From a virus: a DNA stretch of 43,643 nucleotides. The notes under the pieces were generated by a model, which saw only the letters and a program-made list of their open reading frames with translations, was not told the DNA's origin and ran no database searches. The stretch spans positions 1-43,643 of the IMG/VR virus record IMGVR_UViG_3300045988_017927; one strand, 5' to 3'. The translations under genes were made by a program, and so were the position numbers. Positions 14,466 through 24,192 of the stretch are shown piece by piece; the stretch's first letter is position 1; every line of letters begins with the position of its first letter.

Positions 14466-14801
14466 TTAGAGGGTGTTTTTCGCTGTGTTATATACGCTCA
14501 CAAGGTCTTCTTGCTCGATTGTGTCGATACGAGTTCCCAATTCGGTCATTTTCGTAATGATGCCACTATCAGTATTGCCACCCGCTGCGCTGATTTTATC
14601 AGCGATTTCCTTGAGTGTATCAAGCTCTTCCGGTGCATTACCGATGATATCAGCCTTAGCCTGTGTAATTGCGGTGTTAAGTTGTTCTTGAGTGATGCCG
14701 TTAGTGGTCACTTCACCTTTCTCAGCCTTGCCAGCCAATGCTGCCTTGATTTCTTTGATATCTGCTCCGACTGCTTGGGCGAAATCGTGTAATTTACTCA
14801 T
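14466..14801 (-). CDS. Short tail-fibre-like protein (111 aa)
   Basis: Contains GNAPEELDTLKEIADKI, a motif common in phage fibre proteins. C-terminus EDLVSVYNTAK is shared with the upstream ORF. Confidence 0.5.
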   Translation of the reverse strand: MSKLHDFAQAVGADIKEIKAALAGKAEKGEVTTNGITQEQLNTAITQAKADIIGNAPEELDTLKEIADKISAAGGNTDSGIITKMTELGTRIDTIEQEDLVSVYNTAKNTL

Positions 14802-14814
14802 TTAATTATTCCTT

Positions 14815-15267
14815 TCAGATTTTAGCAAGATTGTAGACATTTACGAGGTCTTCCGTAATTTCACTGCCACCAGTAATCAACCCGGAATCTCGCAATTCAT
14901 CCACTAGTAACTTTAATTTAGGGCTCTTGTCCGATGGGATAGCACTATCTGCATTCAACGAGTTCTTCACTTTCACTTTAAAATTATTAGATGGGAAAAT
15001 ATGTCCATCCAGTTTAATTTCAAGGTAGTAAGTGCCAGTAGCTACCACGTTTCCCATTGAGAATGAGAAACGCCCATTTTCAACGGTAACATCTTGATAG
15101 AGTGCCACCATTTCGTCGTTTGACAACGTGAGCTTACCAGTTCCGGAAAGTTCCATGCGTTTACCATCGTACCCTAGAATTTCAAAACCAAAGACTGAGG
15201 TAACATCCCCAGACTTGAGAATGTCACCACCTTCTACTTGGTTGATAGAGGTCATGAGTTTAGCCAT
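14815..15267 (-). CDS. Hypothetical beta-sandwich-like protein (150 aa)
   Basis: Beta-rich sequence. C-terminus EDLVNVYNLAKI is shared with 14466..14801. Confidence 0.5.
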   Translation of the reverse strand: MAKLMTSINQVEGGDILKSGDVTSVFGFEILGYDGKRMELSGTGKLTLSNDEMVALYQDVTVENGRFSFSMGNVVATGTYYLEIKLDGHIFPSNNFKVKVKNSLNADSAIPSDKSPKLKLLVDELRDSGLITGGSEITEDLVNVYNLAKI

Positions 15268-15270
15268 AAG

Positions 15271-15501
15271 CTAGTCCTCACGAGGGTGGTTATAGTTTAA
15301 TGCACGCTCACTGTCTCCGACACCCTTAGTTGTTGGGTCGGTAACAATACCCAAAATTACCAAAATCACAACGAATGTATTTACCCCCTCTTGAATGTTA
15401 TGTGGGATTTCAAGCCCGAATTGTTGCAACATCAAGAAAACTGCTGAGATAAGAGCTACCAAAGTAGCTTTGTTTTGCAAACGTAGTTTAAAATTAATCA
15501 T
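15271..15501 (-). CDS. Holin, phi LC3 family-like
   Basis: Start set at MINFKLRLQNKATLVALISAVFLMLQQFG (RBS GAGGAGGAAG). Two TM segments. The N-terminal pattern matches phi LC3-type holins. Confidence 0.65.
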   Translation of the reverse strand: MINFKLRLQNKATLVALISAVFLMLQQFGLEIPHNIQEGVNTFVVILVILGIVTDPTTKGVGDSERALNYNHPRED

Positions 15502-15913
15502 TTTTTTCTTCCTCCTCGGTAAGATTAAATTTATCCTTATCAATATTTTTCTTGACAAATCTGTCAATAAAGGGAATTTCAACCCCTAGAGCCGATAAGC
15601 TAGCCAAAATACTAGCCCCGTATGCTGATAACATGGCGAAAATAAAAGCATCCATAGCACCGCCTAGATTCATAAAAACCATAAACGGATAAGACACGGT
15701 CACGATAATCAACATAGCCGTGTGGCTAACCAACCCTTTTCGAAACTTACGGCTCGAAAATTCGTGGAAAGCCCATGACCTTGAAACGCCCAACACGATA
15801 TCAGCAACGATTACAAGCATGAGCAGGAACACCCATAGATGCTCGTCTATGCCATGCTCATAGAAATCTTTGACGACTTCAAACACGCCAAAGATGCCGT
15901 CCGGTTTGTGCAT
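15494..15913 (-). CDS. Holin, Phage_holin_4 (TcdE/UtxA-like) family
   Basis: Multi-TM protein with VADIVLGVSRSW..SSRKFRKGLVSH..SILASLSALGVEIP and a charged C-terminal tail. Confidence 0.6.
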   Translation of the reverse strand: MHKPDGIFGVFEVVKDFYEHGIDEHLWVFLLMLVIVADIVLGVSRSWAFHEFSSRKFRKGLVSHTAMLIIVTVSYPFMVFMNLGGAMDAFIFAMLSAYGASILASLSALGVEIPFIDRFVKKNIDKDKFNLTEEEEKND

Positions 15914-15958
15914 TTAACACTCCTTAACATATTTATTTAACCCCCATTTTTTTACGCA

Positions 15959-16210
15959 TTACGCTTGTGTAGTATCAGCCAAGATTTCGTCTTCTACCTT
16001 GTAACGCAACTCACGTAGGGCACGTTCGTCTGTACGCATTTCTTGACGATGTTTTGCGTAGAGTTCGGCATTAAGAAGATTTTCTTGCACTGTAGAGACC
16101 GCATTGGAATCTACGCTGATGAAAGTCTGTTTTACAAGGATTGTAGCTCCTTCTTCTTCAACATTAAATTCTGCATTGATTGTACGTTGTTTTGTAATTT
16201 TAAGTGACAT
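15959..16210 (-). CDS. Hypothetical 83-aa protein
   Basis: ORF with an RBS, between the RBP candidate and the holins. No motif recognised. Confidence 0.45.
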   Translation of the reverse strand: MSLKITKQRTINAEFNVEEEGATILVKQTFISVDSNAVSTVQENLLNAELYAKHRQEMRTDERALRELRYKVEDEILADTTQA

Positions 16211-16227
16211 AATTATTCTTTCCTTTC

Positions 16228-18270
16228 TTAATTTGGATAATTATCTTCAGTGATGTAAGAAACAGTTCCGTTGTAAACAGCTTTGGTGTCCGATTGATTG
16301 GTTAAATTAATATTACCGTTTGGCAATAGATGCCACGTTGCTACACCAATTTGATTGCCACCAACATTTTTACTTGCGTTCAAATTCGTTTCGACGACTG
16401 GTCTAAAGCCTTCTGGCATCTTTTCGTTAAGCTCTTTATATTCGATCCCACCTAATGCCGAATAGATGCCACGAACCAAGCTGCACATTACTGTATTCCC
16501 TTTTCTTATCATGTTAGCTTTAATACCAAAGCCCATATCGACTTCTTTCTTTATCAAAGCCGGTTCTGGCTTTTCCGGTTTTTCGGGTTTGGGCGTGTAT
16601 TCAATCCACGAGCCGTTAGAGTTGCTAGTTACCGTCCGTTTAAACATACGACCAGAAACAGTCGTAAGTGTTTGATGATATCCAAAAATACTTTCCACGA
16701 CTTGCAAATAAGCCCCCTCGCCCGATGCCGGATGGTTTCGGTAGTTCCCTAGAATCGAATAGAAACCAGTGGTTCTATAGTCGTTTAGGTTATCCGCTTT
16801 AGTATCCATAGCTGCACCGTTTGGCTCGGTCAGTTTGTGGTGTTGAATCTGTTTCCGATTGGAATAGATCAAGCCGTCAACGTCCAATGCCCCACGCTCA
16901 CGGTATTTATTAATACCTATACCCTCTTTATCGTATGACATCACGATTCGGTCACTTGGAACGGTGACTTGGAACGATACACTGGTAAACTTATCCTCTA
17001 ACTTACCGACCACGATATAAGAGGTATCGGCTGGGTACGAATTACCGAGATTAGCGTTTGATGCGTTAAACCCTGAAATCTGCGACCAGTTACCACCAGC
17101 CCCGCCGTTATCGATAGTTTCTGTATCCGAATCGACTTGCCGTGTGGTGAACGTTAGCTTCATCGGGTTTTTTTGAACACCATTGACCATAAGTGGTGCG
17201 ACTTTGACAAAACGCTTAATTGTTAGCGTGCTATTGGTTGCACCACTCCTAGTTACTTCAAATTTCAACGTTGGACTGAAGTAATTTAAAACAGTAATGG
17301 TCGTTTCGTATGAATCAGATATAATCCCTCGACTGTCTTCAACATACCCTCTTAACGTGAATTGTGTATCTTTGTTAACGGATATTTCACGAAAAGTTCC
17401 GCTAGGTGCAGAAATCGTGTTATTATTCCCAACGATTTCCATAAAGTAGCCCGTAATGGATGCTCCGAACCGCGCTTGAACATTTTCAAAACGTGCATAG
17501 ATTTTGGATAACACGGAAACAAAGTGTCTATCCGATTGAGTAATATTCCTTGTCAATTCAGTTGCATCCGCTAAGGCAATCCTAGAGAATGTGGGCTTAA
17601 CTCTATTTAATGACAAACCAGCAGTGAATGTTTTTGATTGCGTATTGATTAGTTTTCCGTCGACGTAAGTATCTAGGAATATTGTTCCCCAACCGCTTGA
17701 GTTATTCGGAATGTCGTTGGCAAAACTATCTGGAATCGTCCATCTATACGATGTGTCAATGTTATCTGCCAGTTTTCCTTCGAGACCATACCATGAGTAT
17801 CGTAGTGCGTGCTTAGCTGAAGCTACTTTTTTAGAGATAGAGAAATTAACACTATCACCTAAAACGACATTACTAGGCATGGTTAAGACGCTAGCATTGG
17901 TAATCGGGTCAAGGGTTATAGCGTATGGACCGATATTTAGATCGCCCGGACCTTGTGGGCTGTAACAATAGAAGAACGCCTTTGAACCAAACACATTCTT
18001 GCCGTTGGTGTGTTCAACTTCAATGGTTTTATCGATTAGTTGCGTTTCTGAGTTTTGTCTTGAAACCTCTAAATGGTTAGTGTCACCAATAAATTGACCA
18101 AACGCATCAACATACCACTTACACATTCCTCTTGGAAACGTTTGATTAGTATTAAACAAAACTAATCTAATGCGGACAGTAGAACTATTTTTTTCGACAT
18201 TCTGACTAACTTGGTCAATCGTCATTTTGATGCGAAAACCTTTGTCGGTATTCGACCAATATTCTGCCAT
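16228..18270 (-). CDS. Tail fibre / receptor-binding protein candidate (680 aa)
   Basis: Directly follows Tal. The PKPEKPEKPEP linker precedes a ~110-aa C-terminal head-like domain. Confidence 0.45.
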   Translation of the reverse strand: MAEYWSNTDKGFRIKMTIDQVSQNVEKNSSTVRIRLVLFNTNQTFPRGMCKWYVDAFGQFIGDTNHLEVSRQNSETQLIDKTIEVEHTNGKNVFGSKAFFYCYSPQGPGDLNIGPYAITLDPITNASVLTMPSNVVLGDSVNFSISKKVASAKHALRYSWYGLEGKLADNIDTSYRWTIPDSFANDIPNNSSGWGTIFLDTYVDGKLINTQSKTFTAGLSLNRVKPTFSRIALADATELTRNITQSDRHFVSVLSKIYARFENVQARFGASITGYFMEIVGNNNTISAPSGTFREISVNKDTQFTLRGYVEDSRGIISDSYETTITVLNYFSPTLKFEVTRSGATNSTLTIKRFVKVAPLMVNGVQKNPMKLTFTTRQVDSDTETIDNGGAGGNWSQISGFNASNANLGNSYPADTSYIVVGKLEDKFTSVSFQVTVPSDRIVMSYDKEGIGINKYRERGALDVDGLIYSNRKQIQHHKLTEPNGAAMDTKADNLNDYRTTGFYSILGNYRNHPASGEGAYLQVVESIFGYHQTLTTVSGRMFKRTVTSNSNGSWIEYTPKPEKPEKPEPALIKKEVDMGFGIKANMIRKGNTVMCSLVRGIYSALGGIEYKELNEKMPEGFRPVVETNLNASKNVGGNQIGVATWHLLPNGNINLTNQSDTKAVYNGTVSYITEDNYPN

Positions 18271-18271
18271 C

Positions 18272-21200
18272 TTACTTACCTCCTACATATCTGATTACGT
18301 TACGGTCTGGATTGATAAAATCTTGTTCTTCCCTAAATCGACCAATCTGGATGGTTTTTGAGAAAATACCATTTTCAATGTGAATCACACCTTGCGAGAT
18401 ATACATCACCTCGTTACCAGCTGAGAACATTGAAATCCGACCGTTTGGATTGAATAGCATAGAGCTAGAATTATCCGTTTTACCAATGACAAGACCTTCG
18501 TTAGACGATGCCATGTAACTATCGATAAAGTTCCAACGCTCTGACATGTCATTCAGATTGTTCTCTAGTTTTGCTACACGAGCACTAGCGTCCGCAAGAT
18601 TCTTTTCAGCTTGTGCACGATTGGCGTTATTTGCATTAACAAAATCTTGGTAAGCCTTCACCCATTGGTTGAGCGTATCAAGAGACGCTTTCGCTTCAAT
18701 TTCTGCCTTCATCACTGAATTAATCTCATTCAATCGGTTTAATTGGCTTTGTGTCAATGCGCTATCAGCCTTGCTATCTAATTGGCTTTTTAGGTCTTTC
18801 GGTGATGCTTGCCACGCTCGGTCAGTCGTACCCTCGTAGCAGTCCAATTCAGTGAAGAACAATAGCGACTCGCTACTGTTACTCGTTCCCTTGTTATCGA
18901 TACGAATAAAACCTTCATCGCAGTCGCCAGAATTAAATGTCAAGTGCCACTTGGCTAGTCCGGTCGTTGACGGAGAGCCGTTATGTGACTTGAAATTAAC
19001 AACCTTGGTGAATGTTTTATTCGTTTCATTTGATTTACGACCAAGGAAATAGATGTCTACGCCCTTGATGTTCCCAGTGGCAAACGTCTGAATATTGAAC
19101 GAATAGTCAGTGTTCCGTTTGACTGGAAAACGTAGCGTTGAAGCTGGGAGTGACGATGATGCCCTTAGCAAGAATAGCGGCCTAGCGCCATTGTAGTAAA
19201 AGCCATGGCTTGAAATGGATAAGTTAGCGTTTTTCTGTGGCACTTCCCAATAACCCCAATTGTCAAGGTTATCCGGAAATGCTGAGTTAACGATCAGATT
19301 TTCGCCACCGACTGAAACGCTACCAACCATATCATTCCAAACATAATCTGCTGGATTAGTGCTGTCTGCTTGGTTGAAATTAGTACATACACCCAAATAA
19401 CGCTTGTTACCATTCTGGGTCAAACTGAAACCAGTTCGACCATCGGCGCTATCGGCATAGGCAAAGTGGACGTAAGGTGTTCTTCCGTCTGCCCCAGCTT
19501 TACCGGGGATACCGTCTCGTCCATCCGTACCTTTCCACTTCGACCATCGATAGTCTTGAGGGCTTCGGCTATCTGTGGCATTGAAATCTTGGTACATACC
19601 GATAAACGCCTTATTAGTGTCGGTTTGGCTAAAACCACTACCAGACACCGTGTCAGCGTAGGCTATGTGGGTGTACTGTGTTTTCCCATCAGCACCCTTA
19701 ACACCGGGTATGCCTTGGTCACCTTTTGGACCTTGCAAGCCTTGAGGGCCGACAGGGCCAGTTGATCCTTGCGGTCCTTGCAAACCTCTATCACCTTTTT
19801 CACCCCTATCACCTTTCGCACCAGTATCACCCTTGACACCTTGAGGGCCTTGTTCACCGATTTTAGAAACCGAGTATCCGGTTTCATTCGTATTATCGGT
19901 ATAACTCCAAACAGTTTTCGTCCATAGGTATTGCCCAGCCGGTACGTTAGGTACTTGACTAGTCCAACCAGTCGTTGGTGCTACGGTGCCTGATGTGCCC
20001 TGTGCATAGGTGATTGTGGTGCTACGAATACCGACACCATCTTTACCAGCGATACCATTGTTACCATCGTTACCATCTCTAGCTACGTAGGTTTTCTGAT
20101 AGCCCGTTTCGGAGGTGTTATCCGTGTAAGTCCAGACTGTCTTAGTCCAAAACCATTGCCCTTTAACCAATGATGGTGGGTTTTGATACCATGCCGTAGG
20201 TGGTACGGTTTCAGATACAGATAATCCGTATAGAACACTGGTATTTCTAATGCCAATACCATTTTTTCCGGGGATACCATCGTTCCCACGGTCTCCCTTT
20301 GGTCCTTGTTCGCCCATCTTAGCGACTGAGAAACCTTGCTCACTCGTACCGTCTGAATAGAACCATGTTGTCCTTGTCCATAGATATTCGCCGGGATTAA
20401 CCACGGGGATGTCTGGCGACCATGTACCGTCTTCAAACACAATGTTTTTAACCCAAATAGAGTTATCTGTCGCATAAGTATTGATACGGATTTCGTATTC
20501 ACCAGTCGGCCTGTTATGTGTGTATCTCGTACCGTTAGCTGTGTTGCCGTCAGAAATCACTGCCCACGTACTAAAACTTGGATTGATAATCCAGATTGTA
20601 GCACCTTTATTACTTGCACTCACATCGTGCTGGTTGGTAAACGTTCCATTCGTTTCAGCGGATAAGATATAAGTCTTCCCTTGCTCCAATCGAACACGTT
20701 GACCAGTCATGATGAGGTTGTCAGTCGTTGAATTAGATGGTTGGTATTTATCACTAATCGCTGCAATTACGCTACCAGACGGCTTATTGAGACCGTCCAT
20801 TGATTTCGCATAACGTAAGGTAGTATTCACTAGCCCCACACCATCCTTACCCGGCAAGCCATCATCACCTTTAGAACCATTCTGTGGGATGTATGTTTTT
20901 TGATATCCAGTTTCACTAGATAAGTCCGTATACATCCACTGGGTCTTAGTCCATAGGTATTTACCTTTAACCAAAACGGGTGGATTGGAAGTCCAGTTTG
21001 TAGGCATGGTGGTATCGCTGTCAGACATTCCGTAAGTGATAGTGGTAGATTTTAGGCCTACCCCGGTTTTACCTGGCAAACCGTCATTACCTCTATCACC
21101 TTTCGGACCTTGCTCGCCTTTATCTCCTTTAGGTCCGGGAGTACCATTCCTACCGTCCGAGACATTTAAAAAAGTAACTTCTTCCGAAGCTACTTCTTTA

Positions 21201-22627
21201 TTATCTACCCATGCGGAAACCGTCAACGCTGTCGGTTGGGTAATCTGTGATGCCACCATGTCGTAGGTCATACCCACGTATTTAATGACACCGTCAATTA
21301 CGAAACGCCACGTTGCGTTAACAGTTCTATCGCCTTGTTTTAAAACTGGTCTGACAGTCGAGCGACCAACACCGTTTTTAAATACTGTGCCGTTGGTAGT
21401 TGTGATCTCGACACGGTATGGCAATGATTTAGAAACAATCTCATCAATGCGTTGTTGCAAACTGCCAGACGGTTTATTGTCCAGCTTTCTGAAATTGGTA
21501 AAAACCACTGAATTATTAAGTGGCATGTCAAAACTAATTACCATTTCAGACACACGAGCTTCGAGGGCTAGCCCACCTCTAAAATTATTATTGATAATCT
21601 TGACGGTATCGCCTAAATTGATATTCTTGTAATTCTCAATAAAACTAGATTGAACATCGACAGTGTAGGTCAGCAACGGATAAGCGTACTGCTTGATGGT
21701 ACGCAATGCGTAAGCCTTGAGGGCATTGACATCTTTGTATTCTGTCTCAAAGTCCTTGCGTGTCCATCTATCTGTGTCACTATCCTTCAATGTGGACGGG
21801 TATTTTTCCATAGATAGCGGTGCATATACCATTGGACTGCCTTTTTTAGAAAAAAACTCCACTTGCCCACGCTCGTTTTTTTCTTCAAACTCAACGCTCT
21901 CAAGATTAGTTCCTTCTTGCCCAACGAAATACCCAGCATTGAATAGTTGAGTTTTATCACTAGCAACTTGAACACCTTTTAGCCCGTTTTGGTAGTAGAG
22001 AATAACATCTCCTCGGACCTTGCCAATACCGTGGTGATTTTCGTCTGGTTGCTGATAGATGTCGATGATAAACTTTTTCAAAGTTCCATCTCGGTTTAAG
22101 TCGGTACGGAAAATGAACTCTGCATCAAATTGATTCATCAAGCTATGAAGCTGCTCTAGTTTAGTGCCGTTTTGAGATTCAAACGTGATAGTTCTTGTTT
22201 TGTCAGCGATTTCATTGATACCAATTTCTAACCCAGCCAACCCTAGCAGGTCGAGATTTTGAAGATACCACTCTAACTTCTGGGCGCCATTGCTATTGCC
22301 AAGAGGTCGTGCGCTCTCCATTGCCAATTCCAAGTTGGTATTGTTACATGTCACTTGGAATGTTGTATCGTTTTCGACTAATTGCGACACATAGAAAACA
22401 TGGTAGGAATTATCGTAGTAGAACGAAACAAACATATCATCTTTGATATATTTGATATCATCATACAGTTTTCCGTTTACGATTTTAGGAATTGCAAAAT
22501 CGAATGTACTGGTTGAATACTCACGGTAAGTGTGCCATTGACTGTTAGAATAGGGCAACATGCCCGGAACGTTATTGTTTAGGGCACAAACCTTACGCAT
22601 GTTTTTGTCATGAATCCAAATTTGCAT
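18272..22627 (-). CDS. Tail-associated lysin/host-specificity protein (Tal) with prophage tail endopeptidase-like N-terminus, collagen-like G-X-Y stretches and repeated modules
   Basis: Start at MQIWIHDKN (TAATG overlap with the Dit stop). G-X-Y runs such as [25 protein letters not shown]. Four copies of the module ..YLWTKT.W.YTD..ETGY. C-terminal coiled coil. Confidence 0.75.
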   Translation of the reverse strand: MQIWIHDKNMRKVCALNNNVPGMLPYSNSQWHTYREYSTSTFDFAIPKIVNGKLYDDIKYIKDDMFVSFYYDNSYHVFYVSQLVENDTTFQVTCNNTNLELAMESARPLGNSNGAQKLEWYLQNLDLLGLAGLEIGINEIADKTRTITFESQNGTKLEQLHSLMNQFDAEFIFRTDLNRDGTLKKFIIDIYQQPDENHHGIGKVRGDVILYYQNGLKGVQVASDKTQLFNAGYFVGQEGTNLESVEFEEKNERGQVEFFSKKGSPMVYAPLSMEKYPSTLKDSDTDRWTRKDFETEYKDVNALKAYALRTIKQYAYPLLTYTVDVQSSFIENYKNINLGDTVKIINNNFRGGLALEARVSEMVISFDMPLNNSVVFTNFRKLDNKPSGSLQQRIDEIVSKSLPYRVEITTTNGTVFKNGVGRSTVRPVLKQGDRTVNATWRFVIDGVIKYVGMTYDMVASQITQPTALTVSAWVDNKEVASEEVTFLNVSDGRNGTPGPKGDKGEQGPKGDRGNDGLPGKTGVGLKSTTITYGMSDSDTTMPTNWTSNPPVLVKGKYLWTKTQWMYTDLSSETGYQKTYIPQNGSKGDDGLPGKDGVGLVNTTLRYAKSMDGLNKPSGSVIAAISDKYQPSNSTTDNLIMTGQRVRLEQGKTYILSAETNGTFTNQHDVSASNKGATIWIINPSFSTWAVISDGNTANGTRYTHNRPTGEYEIRINTYATDNSIWVKNIVFEDGTWSPDIPVVNPGEYLWTRTTWFYSDGTSEQGFSVAKMGEQGPKGDRGNDGIPGKNGIGIRNTSVLYGLSVSETVPPTAWYQNPPSLVKGQWFWTKTVWTYTDNTSETGYQKTYVARDGNDGNNGIAGKDGVGIRSTTITYAQGTSGTVAPTTGWTSQVPNVPAGQYLWTKTVWSYTDNTNETGYSVSKIGEQGPQGVKGDTGAKGDRGEKGDRGLQGPQGSTGPVGPQGLQGPKGDQGIPGVKGADGKTQYTHIAYADTVSGSGFSQTDTNKAFIGMYQDFNATDSRSPQDYRWSKWKGTDGRDGIPGKAGADGRTPYVHFAYADSADGRTGFSLTQNGNKRYLGVCTNFNQADSTNPADYVWNDMVGSVSVGGENLIVNSAFPDNLDNWGYWEVPQKNANLSISSHGFYYNGARPLFLLRASSSLPASTLRFPVKRNTDYSFNIQTFATGNIKGVDIYFLGRKSNETNKTFTKVVNFKSHNGSPSTTGLAKWHLTFNSGDCDEGFIRIDNKGTSNSSESLLFFTELDCYEGTTDRAWQASPKDLKSQLDSKADSALTQSQLNRLNEINSVMKAEIEAKASLDTLNQWVKAYQDFVNANNANRAQAEKNLADASARVAKLENNLNDMSERWNFIDSYMASSNEGLVIGKTDNSSSMLFNPNGRISMFSAGNEVMYISQGVIHIENGIFSKTIQIGRFREEQDFINPDRNVIRYVGGK

Positions 22628-24192
22628 TAAACAAAACGCTCCTTCCAAGTGATTTCAATAGTCGGGTCAGTTCTTACCCAACTTGATGTGTAAATGTCGA
22701 TTTCAGTTTCACCAGTGCCGATACCGAACGGCTCTGACAGATAAGTTAACTCATTAGATGCTGGCAGATTGTCAACAAAGGTTTTGCCTTTTGACATGTC
22801 GACTTCCAACACCGAACCTTTACCAAAACGGTTAGGTATATCTTCGGTAGCACTGACGAAATCTTTGCGGTAACAAAATTTATCGACATACATGTGGGTT
22901 ACAAACGAACTTTGACCGACACCGGACAATAGAATACTAACTTTTGCTGATTTGCGTCCTTTTAAAATAGGTACTTTATATTTTAAATAAGAACCCCACC
23001 AGTAAAAAATTAATTCATCATCTCTACGTGCCATATCAGACCAACCACGTTGTGCGTTAAATGGGTTATGTTCGTCTAAATGTGTCCCCAGAAAATGCCT
23101 ACTGTCAATAATTTGATAACTACCTTTGCCATCAGTAGTCATGATGTTGTAATCACAACCTAGACCATTTTCTTTCTTCTTGGACTCTACACCGTAAAGG
23201 AACCTTCCTTGATCGTCGGAAACACAAATTTTAAGATACCCATATTGGCTAGGCAAACCTAACCAAAAAACTTGTCTCCACCAAATATAGTCATTTAGTG
23301 AACCTCTTTCACCGTTTGAATCCGCTGGAATATCCCAAGAAATCGAGCCACCTTGAAGAAACTTACTTCCATTTCCTCTTGAAGTCAATGCGATATTTGG
23401 GCGGTTAAACACATCAACAATCCCAAGCGTTCCGTTTAAATCGGCACTGTTGTCATTGAAAATACCGTTGTTTTTTGAACCACTTGAAAAACCTTTTCGA
23501 ATGCCGGTTTCGTCTCGATAATCTAGCAATATTTCCGAACGCTTAACGTTTTGGGTATCGGCTTCATTAGGATTGCCAATCTCGTAGCTTTCGCTGGAAG
23601 ATTTTACAATCCCAACCCAGCCATTATCTGAGTTAAACTTCAGCTTAATGTCTGGATAGGTTTCAGCCGTACCAAAGTTCTTTAGAGTCGCCTTGTAGTG
23701 ACCAGTTGAAACCTTTTTAATACTGCCGTATTTCGTTTCACCATCGCTATTTACCAAGGCTTGCGCCTTGTTCTCACCATAACTTTTTGGAACATCGAAC
23801 GTAACCGTTACTGTTGCGGTAATCGGCGCCGTGTTCTTATCCACGGTAAGCGACGCTTGACCGGACGGGATAGCCTCCCAAACCTTGTTAGGTTCATCGC
23901 CAAAAATTAATGGTTTCGGTTTATCTACATTCAGATAACCGCCCAATGTTTCAGCGATGGTATTAAAGTAGTCGTAGTTTCCGACGAGAGTAAACGACAC
24001 TTGAATCTGCTTAACTGACAAGGTGCTATATAGGAATTGCTGACCGTAGCGTCTACGCCCTTGGTCTTGATAGTTGTTGTTGAAATTCGATGCCACGTTT
24101 TTCGTGACATCTACTGGAACGGTACGCCCTTGTCCCTCATTAAATAATTCGGTTAAGTTCTTACCGTCATAAGTTACTGACATTCCTATCAA
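22627..24192 (-). CDS. Distal tail protein (Dit), long form
   Basis: Position immediately after TMP. 521 aa, much longer than a minimal Dit. TTG start 9 nt after AGGAGG. Confidence 0.55.
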   Translation of the reverse strand: MIGMSVTYDGKNLTELFNEGQGRTVPVDVTKNVASNFNNNYQDQGRRRYGQQFLYSTLSVKQIQVSFTLVGNYDYFNTIAETLGGYLNVDKPKPLIFGDEPNKVWEAIPSGQASLTVDKNTAPITATVTVTFDVPKSYGENKAQALVNSDGETKYGSIKKVSTGHYKATLKNFGTAETYPDIKLKFNSDNGWVGIVKSSSESYEIGNPNEADTQNVKRSEILLDYRDETGIRKGFSSGSKNNGIFNDNSADLNGTLGIVDVFNRPNIALTSRGNGSKFLQGGSISWDIPADSNGERGSLNDYIWWRQVFWLGLPSQYGYLKICVSDDQGRFLYGVESKKKENGLGCDYNIMTTDGKGSYQIIDSRHFLGTHLDEHNPFNAQRGWSDMARRDDELIFYWWGSYLKYKVPILKGRKSAKVSILLSGVGQSSFVTHMYVDKFCYRKDFVSATEDIPNRFGKGSVLEVDMSKGKTFVDNLPASNELTYLSEPFGIGTGETEIDIYTSSWVRTDPTIEITWKERFV

